Below are positions 27,358 to 36,114 of a stretch of 64,000 nucleotides of DNA, piece after piece (the stretch's first letter is position 1; every line of letters starts with the position of its first letter). The stretch is from positions 1,059,533-1,123,532 of the forward strand of contig OZ242299.1 in NCBI GenBank assembly GCA_965207995.1. The letters are read 5' to 3'. A program made the position numbers and the translations under genes. The notes beneath the pieces are model-generated. The model searched no databases. It was given only the letters and a program-made list of their open reading frames with translations, and was not told the origin of the DNA. This stretch comes from Dehalococcoidia bacterium (GTDB taxonomy: Bacteria > Chloroflexota > Dehalococcoidia > SHYB01).

Positions 27358-28167
27358 GTGAGAACAATGGCTGAAGAAGACGTGCTGCTGATTGACAAAG
27401 TCGAAGACGGAAAAATCTGGGTGCTGACCATGAACCGCCCCCACCGCCTCAACGCCGTCGGCGGCGGGATGATGGGCAAGATGACGGAGACGTGGAAGGA
27501 GTTCCGCGACGACCCCGAGGCCCGCGTCGCCATCCTCACGGCGACCGGGCGGGCATTCTCGGCGGGCATCGACCTGAAGGAAGCCGCCGAGAACGAGGAG
27601 AGGCGCCAGCGCGGCGAGGACGTGCCCCCGCCCGACGAGCGGTGGATCCCGCTCAGCGAGCGGTTCGAGCTGTGGAAGCCGACCATCGCCGCGGTCAACG
27701 GCATCGCCGTGGCCGGCGGGTTCATGTACGCCCTCCAATGCGACATCCGCATCGCCGCCGAGGGCGCGGAATTTGGCGTGCCCGAGGTACGCTGGAACCG
27801 CGCCGGCGGACAGTGGATGACCTGCCTCACCCGCGTCATCGGCCTCGGCCACGCGCTCGAGCTCTGCCTCTGGGGCGACGGGCGCATCAGCGCCCAGCGC
27901 GCCTACGAGATCGGCTTCGTCAACAAGGTCGTGCCGCAGGAGCAGCTGATGGACGAGGCCATGGCCTGGGCCCGGCGCATGTTAAAACTCGCGCCGCGGG
28001 CCGCCTCCAACATCAAGGAGTGCATCTACCGCGGATACTACCTCTCGCCCCTGGACGGCGAGGCCCTCGGCAAGGCCATCGAGCAAAACCTCGAAGGCAT
28101 GGAAGACAGCGTCGAGGGACCGAAGGCCTTCGCCGAGAAGCGCGACCCGGTCTTCAAGAACCGGTAA
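27358..28167 (+). CDS. crotonase-fold protein, paralog 5
   Basis: IWVLTMNRPHRLNAV...ILTATGRAFSAGID...AAVNGIAVAGGFMYALQCDIRIA..FGVPEVRW. ATG 27367 is an alternative start. Confidence 0.85.
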   Translation: MRTMAEEDVLLIDKVEDGKIWVLTMNRPHRLNAVGGGMMGKMTETWKEFRDDPEARVAILTATGRAFSAGIDLKEAAENEERRQRGEDVPPPDERWIPLSERFELWKPTIAAVNGIAVAGGFMYALQCDIRIAAEGAEFGVPEVRWNRAGGQWMTCLTRVIGLGHALELCLWGDGRISAQRAYEIGFVNKVVPQEQLMDEAMAWARRMLKLAPRAASNIKECIYRGYYLSPLDGEALGKAIEQNLEGMEDSVEGPKAFAEKRDPVFKNR

Positions 28168-28174
28168 CGGCTCG

Positions 28175-29098
28175 ATGCCTATCGACCCACAGGCCCAAGC
28201 CGCGGAAGACGCCTGGGACGCCCTCGGCATCCCGCCGCTCGAGACGCTGCCGCCCGCCGAGGCGCGCGCCCGGTTCGAGGCGCTGCCGGCGCTCGAAGGG
28301 CCGCCCGTGGGACGCGTCGAGGACCGGATGGCCCCGGGGCCGGACGGCGACGTCCCCGTCCGCGTCTATTGGCCCGAAGGCGAAGGCCCCCGGCCCGCGT
28401 TCATGTACTTCCACGGCGGCGGCTGGGTCGTCGGCTCCGTCGCCAACCAGGACGGCACCGTCCGCCACCTCGTGCGGGAGTCCGGCTGCGTCGGTGTCTC
28501 GGTCGAGTACCGCATGGCGCCGGAGCACCGCTTCCCCACGGCCGCCGAGGACTGCTACACGGCCACGAAATGGGCCGCCGACAACGCGGCGGCGCTCGGC
28601 GTACGTCCAGGCAGGCTCGCGGTGCTGGGCGTGAGCTCGGGCGGCAACCTCGCCGCGGCGGTCGCGCTCATGGCCCGCGACCGCGCCACGCCGGACCTCG
28701 CCCTGCAAACGCTCGTCGTGCCCGTCCTGGCCCGCGACTTCACCACGGCGTCGTATCTCGAAAAGGCCGACGGCCCCGGCCTCACCCGACGGCGGATGCA
28801 GTGGTACTGGGACCTCTATCTGCGTGACGAATCCGACGCCGCCAATCCCTACGCCTCCCCGGCGGCGGCGGAGAGTCTCGCCGGCCTGCCTCCGGCCCTC
28901 GTGCTCACCGCCGAGTACGACGTCCTGCGCGACGAGGGGCGGCAATACGCCAAGCGCCTTCAGGAGGCGGGAGTCTCGACGACCCATCTCGACTACGCGG
29001 GAATGACCCACCTCTTCTTCAACCGCTGGAACGCCATCGACCGCGCCCGAGAGGCCATCGCGATCGTCGGCGCCGAGCTCGCCCAGCGCCTCGCCTGA
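28175..29098 (+). CDS. alpha/beta hydrolase, hormone-sensitive-lipase-type esterase
   Basis: HGGGW oxyanion motif (MYFHGGGWVVGS) and nucleophile elbow GVSSGGNLAA. Confidence 0.85.
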   Translation: MPIDPQAQAAEDAWDALGIPPLETLPPAEARARFEALPALEGPPVGRVEDRMAPGPDGDVPVRVYWPEGEGPRPAFMYFHGGGWVVGSVANQDGTVRHLVRESGCVGVSVEYRMAPEHRFPTAAEDCYTATKWAADNAAALGVRPGRLAVLGVSSGGNLAAAVALMARDRATPDLALQTLVVPVLARDFTTASYLEKADGPGLTRRRMQWYWDLYLRDESDAANPYASPAAAESLAGLPPALVLTAEYDVLRDEGRQYAKRLQEAGVSTTHLDYAGMTHLFFNRWNAIDRAREAIAIVGAELAQRLA

Positions 29099-29179
29099 CC
29101 GGGCCCGGCTTCGCTTGCCGTCGGTTGCCGTTCCGTACAGAATAGGCCGCGTCTCGGCGTCCCTTAAGGAGCGTTCACC

Positions 29180-29947
29180 ATCGGCAACCGTCTGCAAGAC
29201 CTCGCCACCATCATCACCGGCGGCGCGTCCGGCATCGGCCGGGCCACGGTCCTGTCGTGTGCCCGGGAGGGCGCGCGCGTGCTCGCGGCCGACCGTAACG
29301 CACGGGGCCTCGAGGAGACCCGCGCGTTGGCCAAGGACGAGGGCCTGTCGGTCGAAACGTTCACCGTGGACGTCTCCAAGGCCGACATGGTCTCCGGCAT
29401 GGTCGAGCGGGCGCTCACCGACTTTGGACGCCTGGACGTACTGGTCAACGCCGCCGGCACCCTGATGCGCACGCCGGCGGTCGCCGAGGTCACCGAGCGG
29501 GATTGGGACCTCATGATGTCGACCAACCTGAAGGGGCCGTTCCTCTGCATCCGGGCGGCGGTCCCGGCGATGATCCAAAACGGCGGCGGCGCCATCGTCA
29601 ACATCTCTTCGATGGCGGGAGTGCAAGGGGCAAGCGCCTCGGTGCCCTACTCCATCGCCAAGGCGGGGCTGATCCACCTGACCACCGTCACCGCCAACCA
29701 ATACACCTCGCTCGGCATCCGCATCAACTGCATAGCCCCCGGCCCGGTGGACACGCCGCAGTCGCGGGGCGGCACCCAGAGCGCCGAGGCCCTCGCCGAG
29801 CTCGGCCAGCTGCACCCGATGGGCCGCATCGGACAACCCGAGGAGATCGCGAGCGTGATCGTGTTCTTAGCTTCGGGCGAGGCCTCCTACATGAGCGGGC
29901 ACACCCTCATCGTCGACGGCGGACTGTGGACGGTCAGCAGAGGTTGA
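29180..29947 (+). CDS. short-chain dehydrogenase/reductase (SDR); start codon uncertain and non-canonical
   Basis: The Rossmann motif TGGASGIGRA (29210-29239) lies upstream of the first GTG (29279). Between the in-frame stop (29165-29167) and the motif there is no ATG/GTG/TTG. AAGGAG (29166-29171) lies 8 nt before ATC 29180. Catalytic YSIAK is present. Confidence 0.75.
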   Translation: MGNRLQDLATIITGGASGIGRATVLSCAREGARVLAADRNARGLEETRALAKDEGLSVETFTVDVSKADMVSGMVERALTDFGRLDVLVNAAGTLMRTPAVAEVTERDWDLMMSTNLKGPFLCIRAAVPAMIQNGGGAIVNISSMAGVQGASASVPYSIAKAGLIHLTTVTANQYTSLGIRINCIAPGPVDTPQSRGGTQSAEALAELGQLHPMGRIGQPEEIASVIVFLASGEASYMSGHTLIVDGGLWTVSRG

Positions 29948-29948
29948 G

Positions 29949-30185
29949 GTGGAGAAGCTCATCGAAATAGCGGACCGGGCGGCGGCGGACTACGGCTTCC
30001 GTCAGATCGTCCAATGGAGCCCCGACGACATCGTGGGCGAATGGGGCCTCTCCGACCAGGAGGCGGACGTGCTCAAGGGGCCGCTCAAGGATGCGCTCGA
30101 CGAACTGCCGATTCCCGTCGAGCCGGCAGACCTGCCCCGCGAGCAGGAGCGGTTGGCCCGTATTATCCGGGACGGGTTGAGCTAG
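29949..30185 (+). CDS. small hypothetical protein (78 aa), LigA/NHLP-clan-like pattern
   Basis: GTG start 2 nt after the SDR stop. MEKLIEIADRAAADYGFRQIVQWSPDDIVGEWGLSDQEADVLKG resembles small LigA-like helical proteins, from memory only. Confidence 0.45.
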   Translation: MEKLIEIADRAAADYGFRQIVQWSPDDIVGEWGLSDQEADVLKGPLKDALDELPIPVEPADLPREQERLARIIRDGLS

Positions 30186-30195
30186 GGGGAACACC

Positions 30196-31035
30196 ATGCG
30201 GCGCGGCTACGCGGACACTGCTTCGGGTCAGGTGCACTACATCACGGAGGGCGACGGCGACGCGCTCGTGCTGCTGCACCAAGCGCCGCTCTCGGCGAAG
30301 ACGTACCTCAACCTCATCCCCGAGCTTTCGCCGCGGTTCCGCGTCATCGCCGTCGACACGCCCGGCTGCGGCAACTCCGACCCGCCGCCCGACGACGCGA
30401 AGATCGGCGATCTCTCGGGAGCCGCGGTCGGAGTGCTCGACGCGCTCGGCATCGAGCGGGCGCACGTCTTCGGCCTCCACACCGGAGCGAGCATCGGCGC
30501 AGAGCTCGCCGCCGGCTGGCCGGCGCGGGTAGACCGGCTGGTGCTGATGGGCTTTCCCCTCGTGGAAGACCAGGCGGAGCGTGCGGCTCTGCTCGAAGGC
30601 CTCCAGGCGCACTCGGAGTCGCTCGCGACCATCGCCGCCGACGGGTCGCACCTGCCCAAGATCTGGGCCGAGGCCACCATGGCCGTGCTGAAGCACTGGT
30701 GGTTCACCGAGACGATGCCGACGCAGGCCGTGCCGGACCACCTCCTGCGGTTCATGGCCCAGTACGCGGTCGACGCGCAGCTGGCGCGCGAGAACATCTG
30801 GCCGGTCTACCGCGCCGTCTTCACCTACGACGCGGCCGCGCGGCTCCCCTCGATTCAAGCACCGACCCTGCACATCGAGGCCGGCAGCCCCTTCGAGGCC
30901 GACTTCTGCCGCCGCAGCGACCGCCTACGCGAGCTGATCCCAAGCCTGGAGACGATGACGCTGGAGCGGGGCGACGCCAACGCGGCCGAGTTCGCGGCGT
31001 CCGACCTCGCGGGCGCGATCAGCGGCTTCCTGTAG
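30196..31035 (+). CDS. alpha/beta-fold protein with atypical nucleophile elbow (G-L-H-T-G)
   Basis: VLLHQAPLS stands in place of the HG motif, and HVFGLHTGASIGAELA sits where GxSxG is expected. Paralog of 60505..61305. Confidence 0.7.
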   Translation: MRRGYADTASGQVHYITEGDGDALVLLHQAPLSAKTYLNLIPELSPRFRVIAVDTPGCGNSDPPPDDAKIGDLSGAAVGVLDALGIERAHVFGLHTGASIGAELAAGWPARVDRLVLMGFPLVEDQAERAALLEGLQAHSESLATIAADGSHLPKIWAEATMAVLKHWWFTETMPTQAVPDHLLRFMAQYAVDAQLARENIWPVYRAVFTYDAAARLPSIQAPTLHIEAGSPFEADFCRRSDRLRELIPSLETMTLERGDANAAEFAASDLAGAISGFL

Positions 31036-31053
31036 CCCCGCCGACGGTCGAGA

Positions 31054-32172
31054 TCAGTCGAAGCGGAAGAGCCGGGCCGTATTCCCGCCGGCGATCTTCG
31101 CCTTCTCGTCGTCGGGCACGCCTTCCAGAATGCCGGCCACGATCTCCCGCGACCGCGGGAAGGTGGACTCGGCGTGCGGGTAGTCCGAGCCCCAGCAGAG
31201 GCAGTTGATGCCGATGTGGTCGCGGAGCCGCACGGCGAGCGCGTCCTCCTGGAAGCTGATGAAGACGCTGTTGTGGAAAAGGTCGCTGGGGATGGCGTCG
31301 GTGCTGAAGCGGGGAACGAAATCCACCGGCCGCTGGGTGTAGACGTTGTCCATCTTGTCGAGGAAGTAGGCCGCCCAGGCCGCCTCGTACTCGATCGCGC
31401 CGACCCTGAGTTTGGGGTAGCGGTCGAAGACGCCGGCGAACATCATCCAGACGATCGCGTTTCGGGCGCGCAGGTCGGAGTTCGTCAGCTCATAGGGGTC
31501 GGACAAGACCTTCAGGGTCAACTCGGGCGCTTCGGGCCACCACCGCGCCGTGCCGACGTGGAAGGTCAGGGGCATTTCGAGGTCCTGCGCCGCGGCCCAT
31601 AGCGGCTCGTAGACCGGGTCGTAGTAGGGCGGCTCCAGCGGCCCGACCGGGATCATCGCCCCGCCCAGGCCCATCTTCGCCGCCCGCTCCAGCTCCGCCA
31701 CGGCCTCGGCGACGTCGTCGACGTTGAGCATCGCCAGGCCCCGGAGGCGGTTGGGATACGGCTGGCAATACTCAGCCAGCCAATCGTTGTACGCGCGAAA
31801 CATCGCCGACACCAAATCGCCCGCCGGGATCATCCACCCAGAAAGCGAAATCGACGGATACAGCACGTCGCCGGTGACGCCGTCCAGGTCCATATTCTTG
31901 ACGCGGACGTGGGGGTCGTAGCCCGCCACGGGGACCTCCCCATACCGGCCCACCATGGAGAGCTTCTCCCGCTCTTCGAACCGCAGGCCCGCCTGGAGGT
32001 TGCTCCCCATCAGCCCGAACCGGATGTTTCCGTCGGCGTACCACTGGTCGGTGTTGTTCTCATGGACGACGTAGGGGGCACGGTCCTTGAACGCGGCCTC
32101 GATGCGCGTCTGCCAGAGGTCCGGCGGTTCGAAGACGTGGGAGTCGGAGGAGAAGAGCCTGTAAGAAGCCAT
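31054..32172 (-). CDS. amidohydrolase_2 family protein (ACMSD/LigW/LigI-type metal-dependent hydrolase or decarboxylase), paralog 1
   Basis: MASYRLFSSDSHVFEPPDLW...CWGSDYPHAESTFPRS matches the PF04909-type N- and C-terminal motifs. Confidence 0.8.
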   Translation of the reverse strand: MASYRLFSSDSHVFEPPDLWQTRIEAAFKDRAPYVVHENNTDQWYADGNIRFGLMGSNLQAGLRFEEREKLSMVGRYGEVPVAGYDPHVRVKNMDLDGVTGDVLYPSISLSGWMIPAGDLVSAMFRAYNDWLAEYCQPYPNRLRGLAMLNVDDVAEAVAELERAAKMGLGGAMIPVGPLEPPYYDPVYEPLWAAAQDLEMPLTFHVGTARWWPEAPELTLKVLSDPYELTNSDLRARNAIVWMMFAGVFDRYPKLRVGAIEYEAAWAAYFLDKMDNVYTQRPVDFVPRFSTDAIPSDLFHNSVFISFQEDALAVRLRDHIGINCLCWGSDYPHAESTFPRSREIVAGILEGVPDDEKAKIAGGNTARLFRFD

Positions 32173-32206
32173 CGCTCGCGGTCCTTAGCCTCCCGGAGCG
32201 GGCGCC

Positions 32207-33337
32207 CTAGTTGATGTTGTAGAGGCGCGCCGCGTTGAGCGCCGTGATCTTCCGCCGCTCTTCCTCGGTGACGTCGCCCAAGATGTCCTCGAGGATTTCC
32301 CGCGACCGCGGGAACGTCGACTCCGCGTGGGGATAGTCGGAGCCCCAGCAGAGGTTGTCCACACCGATGATGTCCCGGTCGCGGACGCCGAGCCCGTCCT
32401 CTTGGAAGCTGTGGTAGACGTTCCGGCGCATGAAGTCGGTCGGCACAGCCCCGTCCTTGAAGCGGTAGGGGGTCAGCTGTTTGCGCTCGCGGTAGACGTA
32501 GTCCAGCCGCCCCATGAAGAAGGGGAGCCAGGCCAGCTCATGCTCCAGTTGGATGAACTTGAGCGTCGGATACCGCTCGCAGATGCCCGAGAAGATGATG
32601 TGGCACAGGGTCATGCGCACCCAGTACTCGTTGTTGGCCCGCGTCGCGCCCGAAGGAGTGACGTTCGTCTGGTTCTTCCCCGGCGTCGGCAGCGACCCCG
32701 GACGGTTCGTGCCGACATGAAGGCTGATCGGCAGGCCCGCCTCTTCGGCGGCCGCCCAGAAAGGCTCATATCGTGGCTGATCGTACGACTCGCCCGGCCT
32801 GGGAAAGACGCTGATCATGGCACCGCCCAGCCCATTCTTGGCGACCCGGTAGAGCTCTTGGATCCCGGCCTCGATGTCGTCGTCCAGGACCAGCATGGCG
32901 ACGCCCTTTAGGCGGTCGGTGTCCGCGCTGCAGAAGTCGGCCAGCCAGTCGTTGTAGGCGGCGAAGATTTCCCGTGTGAGCGCGGGGTCCTCGACCGCGC
33001 TGTACATGTGAAGCCCGACCGAGGGGTAGATGAGGTCCGAGTGGATGCCGTCCTGGTCCATATCGACCAGCCGGGGAGCCGGCTCATAGGCCCCGGGGAT
33101 GATCCCGGTGATCTTTCCCTCGAGCTTGATGTCCTCCGGCGTCTCAAAGCGGAGGCCCGCCGCGGTGAGACCGCCGAGGGTCGCCCCGATGGGCTTCTCG
33201 TCGACGTAGAAGTCGTCGTTCTCGCCCTTGATCAGGACGGGAGCCCGGTCCTTGAACTTGCCGGTCATCCGTTCCGTCCAGAGACCGGGCGGCTCCACGA
33301 TGTGGGAGTCTGAAGAAATGATCTTGTGTTCGTCCAT
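32207..33337 (-). CDS. amidohydrolase_2 family protein, paralog 2 (tandem)
   Basis: KIISSDSHIVEPPGLW...CWGSDYPHAESTFPRS; collinear with 31054..32172. Confidence 0.8.
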   Translation of the reverse strand: MDEHKIISSDSHIVEPPGLWTERMTGKFKDRAPVLIKGENDDFYVDEKPIGATLGGLTAAGLRFETPEDIKLEGKITGIIPGAYEPAPRLVDMDQDGIHSDLIYPSVGLHMYSAVEDPALTREIFAAYNDWLADFCSADTDRLKGVAMLVLDDDIEAGIQELYRVAKNGLGGAMISVFPRPGESYDQPRYEPFWAAAEEAGLPISLHVGTNRPGSLPTPGKNQTNVTPSGATRANNEYWVRMTLCHIIFSGICERYPTLKFIQLEHELAWLPFFMGRLDYVYRERKQLTPYRFKDGAVPTDFMRRNVYHSFQEDGLGVRDRDIIGVDNLCWGSDYPHAESTFPRSREILEDILGDVTEEERRKITALNAARLYNIN

Positions 33338-33427
33338 ATCGCGGACTCCTTGCAGACCCTCCGGAGCGCCGATTATAGCATAGCGCCGGGGGCGCTCCCT
33401 TCCGTTGCCAAGCTGAACGGGCGCGGC

Positions 33428-34144
33428 CTATTTCGCGCCGATACGCACCGCGACATTGATCAGGTTCCTGCGCACCGCCTGCCGCATGCGCGGGCCGTCC
33501 GGGTGGGCTCGCGCCGCGGTGAGCCGGGGGTTGTCGTCGCGGTAAACGTCGGGGCTCTCGACCTCCCACATGATGACGTACGTCGGCTCCGCGGCGACGT
33601 GCTCGTGCAGCTCGTCCGGCTCGAATTTGTCGACGCGCCGCCCGATGCGGCCCGCCATGAACCCCGGAACCGCGGCGAGCTCCGGGAAGACGTCCCGTTC
33701 CTGCCACCGAAGGTACTCCGCCTCCATGGACGGGTCCAAGTCCATGCGCGCGGTGAACAGGCACGGCGTTGCCGGCGGTGATCCGGCCCCAATCGTCACG
33801 AACGTCTCGTACACCGCCCGCGAACTGTCGAGGAAATAGGCCGCCATCGCCTGCGCGCCCGGCCGGCCGGGGTCGTCCTTCGCCAGACAGCCGGGCCGGG
33901 GACACGGGGGGTCGCAGATGCACATCACCCCGAAGGCCGGCGAGTCGAAGACGTCGAGGTCCGGGACCTCGAAAAGCTGCAGATACTCCGGCTCTCCCTG
34001 CACCGACTTGAAGGTGACGGCGCTGTGGAAGCCGGCGTCCAGGAGGTCGGGGAAGTGCCGGGCATCGCACCAACGCTCGAACCGCTCCGCGGTCCCTGCC
34101 GGTATGTTGAACCGGGAGGTGAAGAGGAGGTCCCCGCTAGGCAT
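33428..34144 (-). CDS. hypothetical protein with two internal ~100-aa repeats (EthD/DUF4286-like ferredoxin fold suspected)
   Basis: Start MPSGDLLFTSRF at 34144 overlaps the permease stop. Both halves share the pattern F..W......FP.L......F........Y..L.E. Similar organisation to 43518..44207. Confidence 0.5.
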   Translation of the reverse strand: MPSGDLLFTSRFNIPAGTAERFERWCDARHFPDLLDAGFHSAVTFKSVQGEPEYLQLFEVPDLDVFDSPAFGVMCICDPPCPRPGCLAKDDPGRPGAQAMAAYFLDSSRAVYETFVTIGAGSPPATPCLFTARMDLDPSMEAEYLRWQERDVFPELAAVPGFMAGRIGRRVDKFEPDELHEHVAAEPTYVIMWEVESPDVYRDDNPRLTAARAHPDGPRMRQAVRRNLINVAVRIGAK

Positions 34145-35039
34145 TGGGAGTCTCCTGGGCCGGAGACGCGTCCGCCTCTTCTGCGGCCTTTTTCTTCGGG
34201 CGGGCGATCCCAAGCCTCGCCGTCTTGGGGTTGATCGTCTCGTTCAGGCCGTCGCCGACAAGGTTCAGTGACAGGACGACAAGGAGGATCGCGAGGCCGG
34301 GGAAGATGGCGGTCCACGGGGCGTAGCGGAGCTCCCGCTGCGCGGTGAAGACCATGCGGCCCCAGCTCGATGTGTTGGGGTCGGCGAGGCCGAGGAAGCT
34401 CAAACCGGCCTCGGAGAGGATCGCCTGGCTCATCAGGAAGGTCGCCGTGACGAGGATGATCGGCATCGCCGAGGGGAGTATCTCCCGGAAGATGATCGTG
34501 AGATGCCCCGCGCCAACGGCTCTGGCCGCTTCGACGAACTGACGCTGCCTGAACGCGATGTACTCGCCCCTGACCAGGCGCGCCGTCACCGGCCAGAAGG
34601 CGACCGTCAGCGCCAGCACGATGTTCCAGTTGGTCGAGCCCAGCATGGCGACCAGGAGAATGGCCAGCAGCACCCGGGGGATCACGAAGAACATGTCGAT
34701 GAACCGCGACAGGATGAAGTCGGGCCAGCCGCCGAAGTACCCCGCGAACGAGCCCACCACGATGCCGATGGCCGTTGATATAGCGATGGTGGTCACCGCG
34801 AGGAGCAGCGTCGTCCGGGCGCCCCAAAGGATCTCGCTGAAGATCTGTCGCCCGAGGGAGTCGGTGCCGAACCAGTGGGAGGCGGAGGGCGCCAGGGTCG
34901 AAATTGCCAAGTCCGTGTCCAGGGAGGGGGCCGGGGCGATGAGCGGCGCCAGCAGGCCGACGATCACGAAGAGGAGCACGACGATGAGCCCCGCGAGTGC
35001 GAGCCGCCGTTGGCTGAACCTTCTCCAAAACAGCGCCAT
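34137..35039 (-). CDS. ABC transporter permease (DppC/OppC-like)
   Basis: HWFGTDSLGRQIFSEILWGARTTL and QFVEAARAVGAGHLTIIFREILPS motifs. Confidence 0.88.
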   Translation of the reverse strand: MALFWRRFSQRRLALAGLIVVLLFVIVGLLAPLIAPAPSLDTDLAISTLAPSASHWFGTDSLGRQIFSEILWGARTTLLLAVTTIAISTAIGIVVGSFAGYFGGWPDFILSRFIDMFFVIPRVLLAILLVAMLGSTNWNIVLALTVAFWPVTARLVRGEYIAFRQRQFVEAARAVGAGHLTIIFREILPSAMPIILVTATFLMSQAILSEAGLSFLGLADPNTSSWGRMVFTAQRELRYAPWTAIFPGLAILLVVLSLNLVGDGLNETINPKTARLGIARPKKKAAEEADASPAQETPNA

Positions 35040-35043
35040 CAGC

Positions 35044-36063
35044 TCACGTGCCCCTTCGCACCCTGGGATCGGCGAGCCCGTACACGACGTCGACGATCAG
35101 GTTGATGGCGATCACCAGAACGGCAGTGATGAAGAAGATGCCCTGGACCAGCGGGTAGTCGCGGGCGAGGAGCGCATCGAACATCAAGCGCCCGATTCCC
35201 GGCCACGCGAAGACGGTCTCCACCAGCACCGCGCCGCCGAGGAGGTAGGTCAGGCTGATGCCGATCAGCGTGACCATGGGAAGGAGGCTGTTCCGGAGAA
35301 CGTGTCTGTTGAAGGTACGCCGCTCACCGAGCCCCTTGGCCCTCGCGGTCAGGACGTAGTTCTCGGTCGATTGCTCCAGGATGCTCGTCCGGCTGAAGCG
35401 CGCGTACATCGCCATGCTGATGAGGCTCAGCGAGAAGACCGGCAGGATGGCGTGCTTGACCACCGACCAGTAGTAGGCCAGCGTCCCCGAGTCGAGCCGC
35501 GGGTCGACGAAGCCGCCCACGGGGAAGATCTCCAGTCGCACCGAGAACAGGAAGATCAGCATGATCGCGACCCAGAACTCCGGCGTCGAATAGCCCACCA
35601 GCGAAATCAGCCGGAGCCCGTTGTCGCGCGCCGAATTCGGCTTCCTCGCGGAGTAGATGCCCAGCAGCGTCCCCGCTACAAGACCGAGGATCAGCGCCGG
35701 CACCATGAGGATGAACGTCTCGGGCAGGGCGTTGAGCACCACGTTCAGCACGCCGTCGTTGAACCGCGACGACTGGCCGAGGTCGCCTTGGACGAGGTCG
35801 CCGACGTAGCGGCCGTACTGCTCCAGGATAGGCTTGTCCAAGCCGAGCTGGGCGCGGAACTCTTCGAGCTGTTCGGCGGTGAAGGCCGAACCGGAGCCGT
35901 ACCGATAGTTGATAGCGTCGCCAGGCGCGGCGTGCAACAGGAAGAACAGCAGGCTGATGACGAAGAGCACCGTCGCCGCGACCGCGATGAGGCGCAGCCC
36001 AACGAGTCGCACGACGCGCGCGTCGGGGAGCGGTGGTCTGAAGGCCCGTGGCATATCTGGCAT
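35044..36063 (-). CDS. ABC transporter permease (DppB/OppB-like)
   Basis: NYVLTARAKGLGERRTFNRHVLRNSLLP EAA loop plus multiple TM segments. Confidence 0.88.
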   Translation of the reverse strand: MPDMPRAFRPPLPDARVVRLVGLRLIAVAATVLFVISLLFFLLHAAPGDAINYRYGSGSAFTAEQLEEFRAQLGLDKPILEQYGRYVGDLVQGDLGQSSRFNDGVLNVVLNALPETFILMVPALILGLVAGTLLGIYSARKPNSARDNGLRLISLVGYSTPEFWVAIMLIFLFSVRLEIFPVGGFVDPRLDSGTLAYYWSVVKHAILPVFSLSLISMAMYARFSRTSILEQSTENYVLTARAKGLGERRTFNRHVLRNSLLPMVTLIGISLTYLLGGAVLVETVFAWPGIGRLMFDALLARDYPLVQGIFFITAVLVIAINLIVDVVYGLADPRVRRGT

Positions 36064-36114
36064 TTCCCGCCCAACGGGTCCTAGCGCGCGTTCATCCGCC
36101 CCTCAAAGAGAAGC

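Noticed and set aside
28154-29836. 560-aa minus-strand ORF, and similar very long ORFs such as 61847..63925 (-), 6686..8560 (+), 36199..37998 (+), 34558..36084 (+), 48971..50800 (+), 49014..50972 (+), 15784..16833 (-), 24657..25733 (-) and 41559..42665 (-)
   Set aside because: Each lies antisense or out of frame to genes with unmistakable family motifs. Their translations are Arg/Gly/Ala/Pro/Asp-rich with no recognisable domains. Stop-poor shadow frames like these are expected in ~67% GC DNA.
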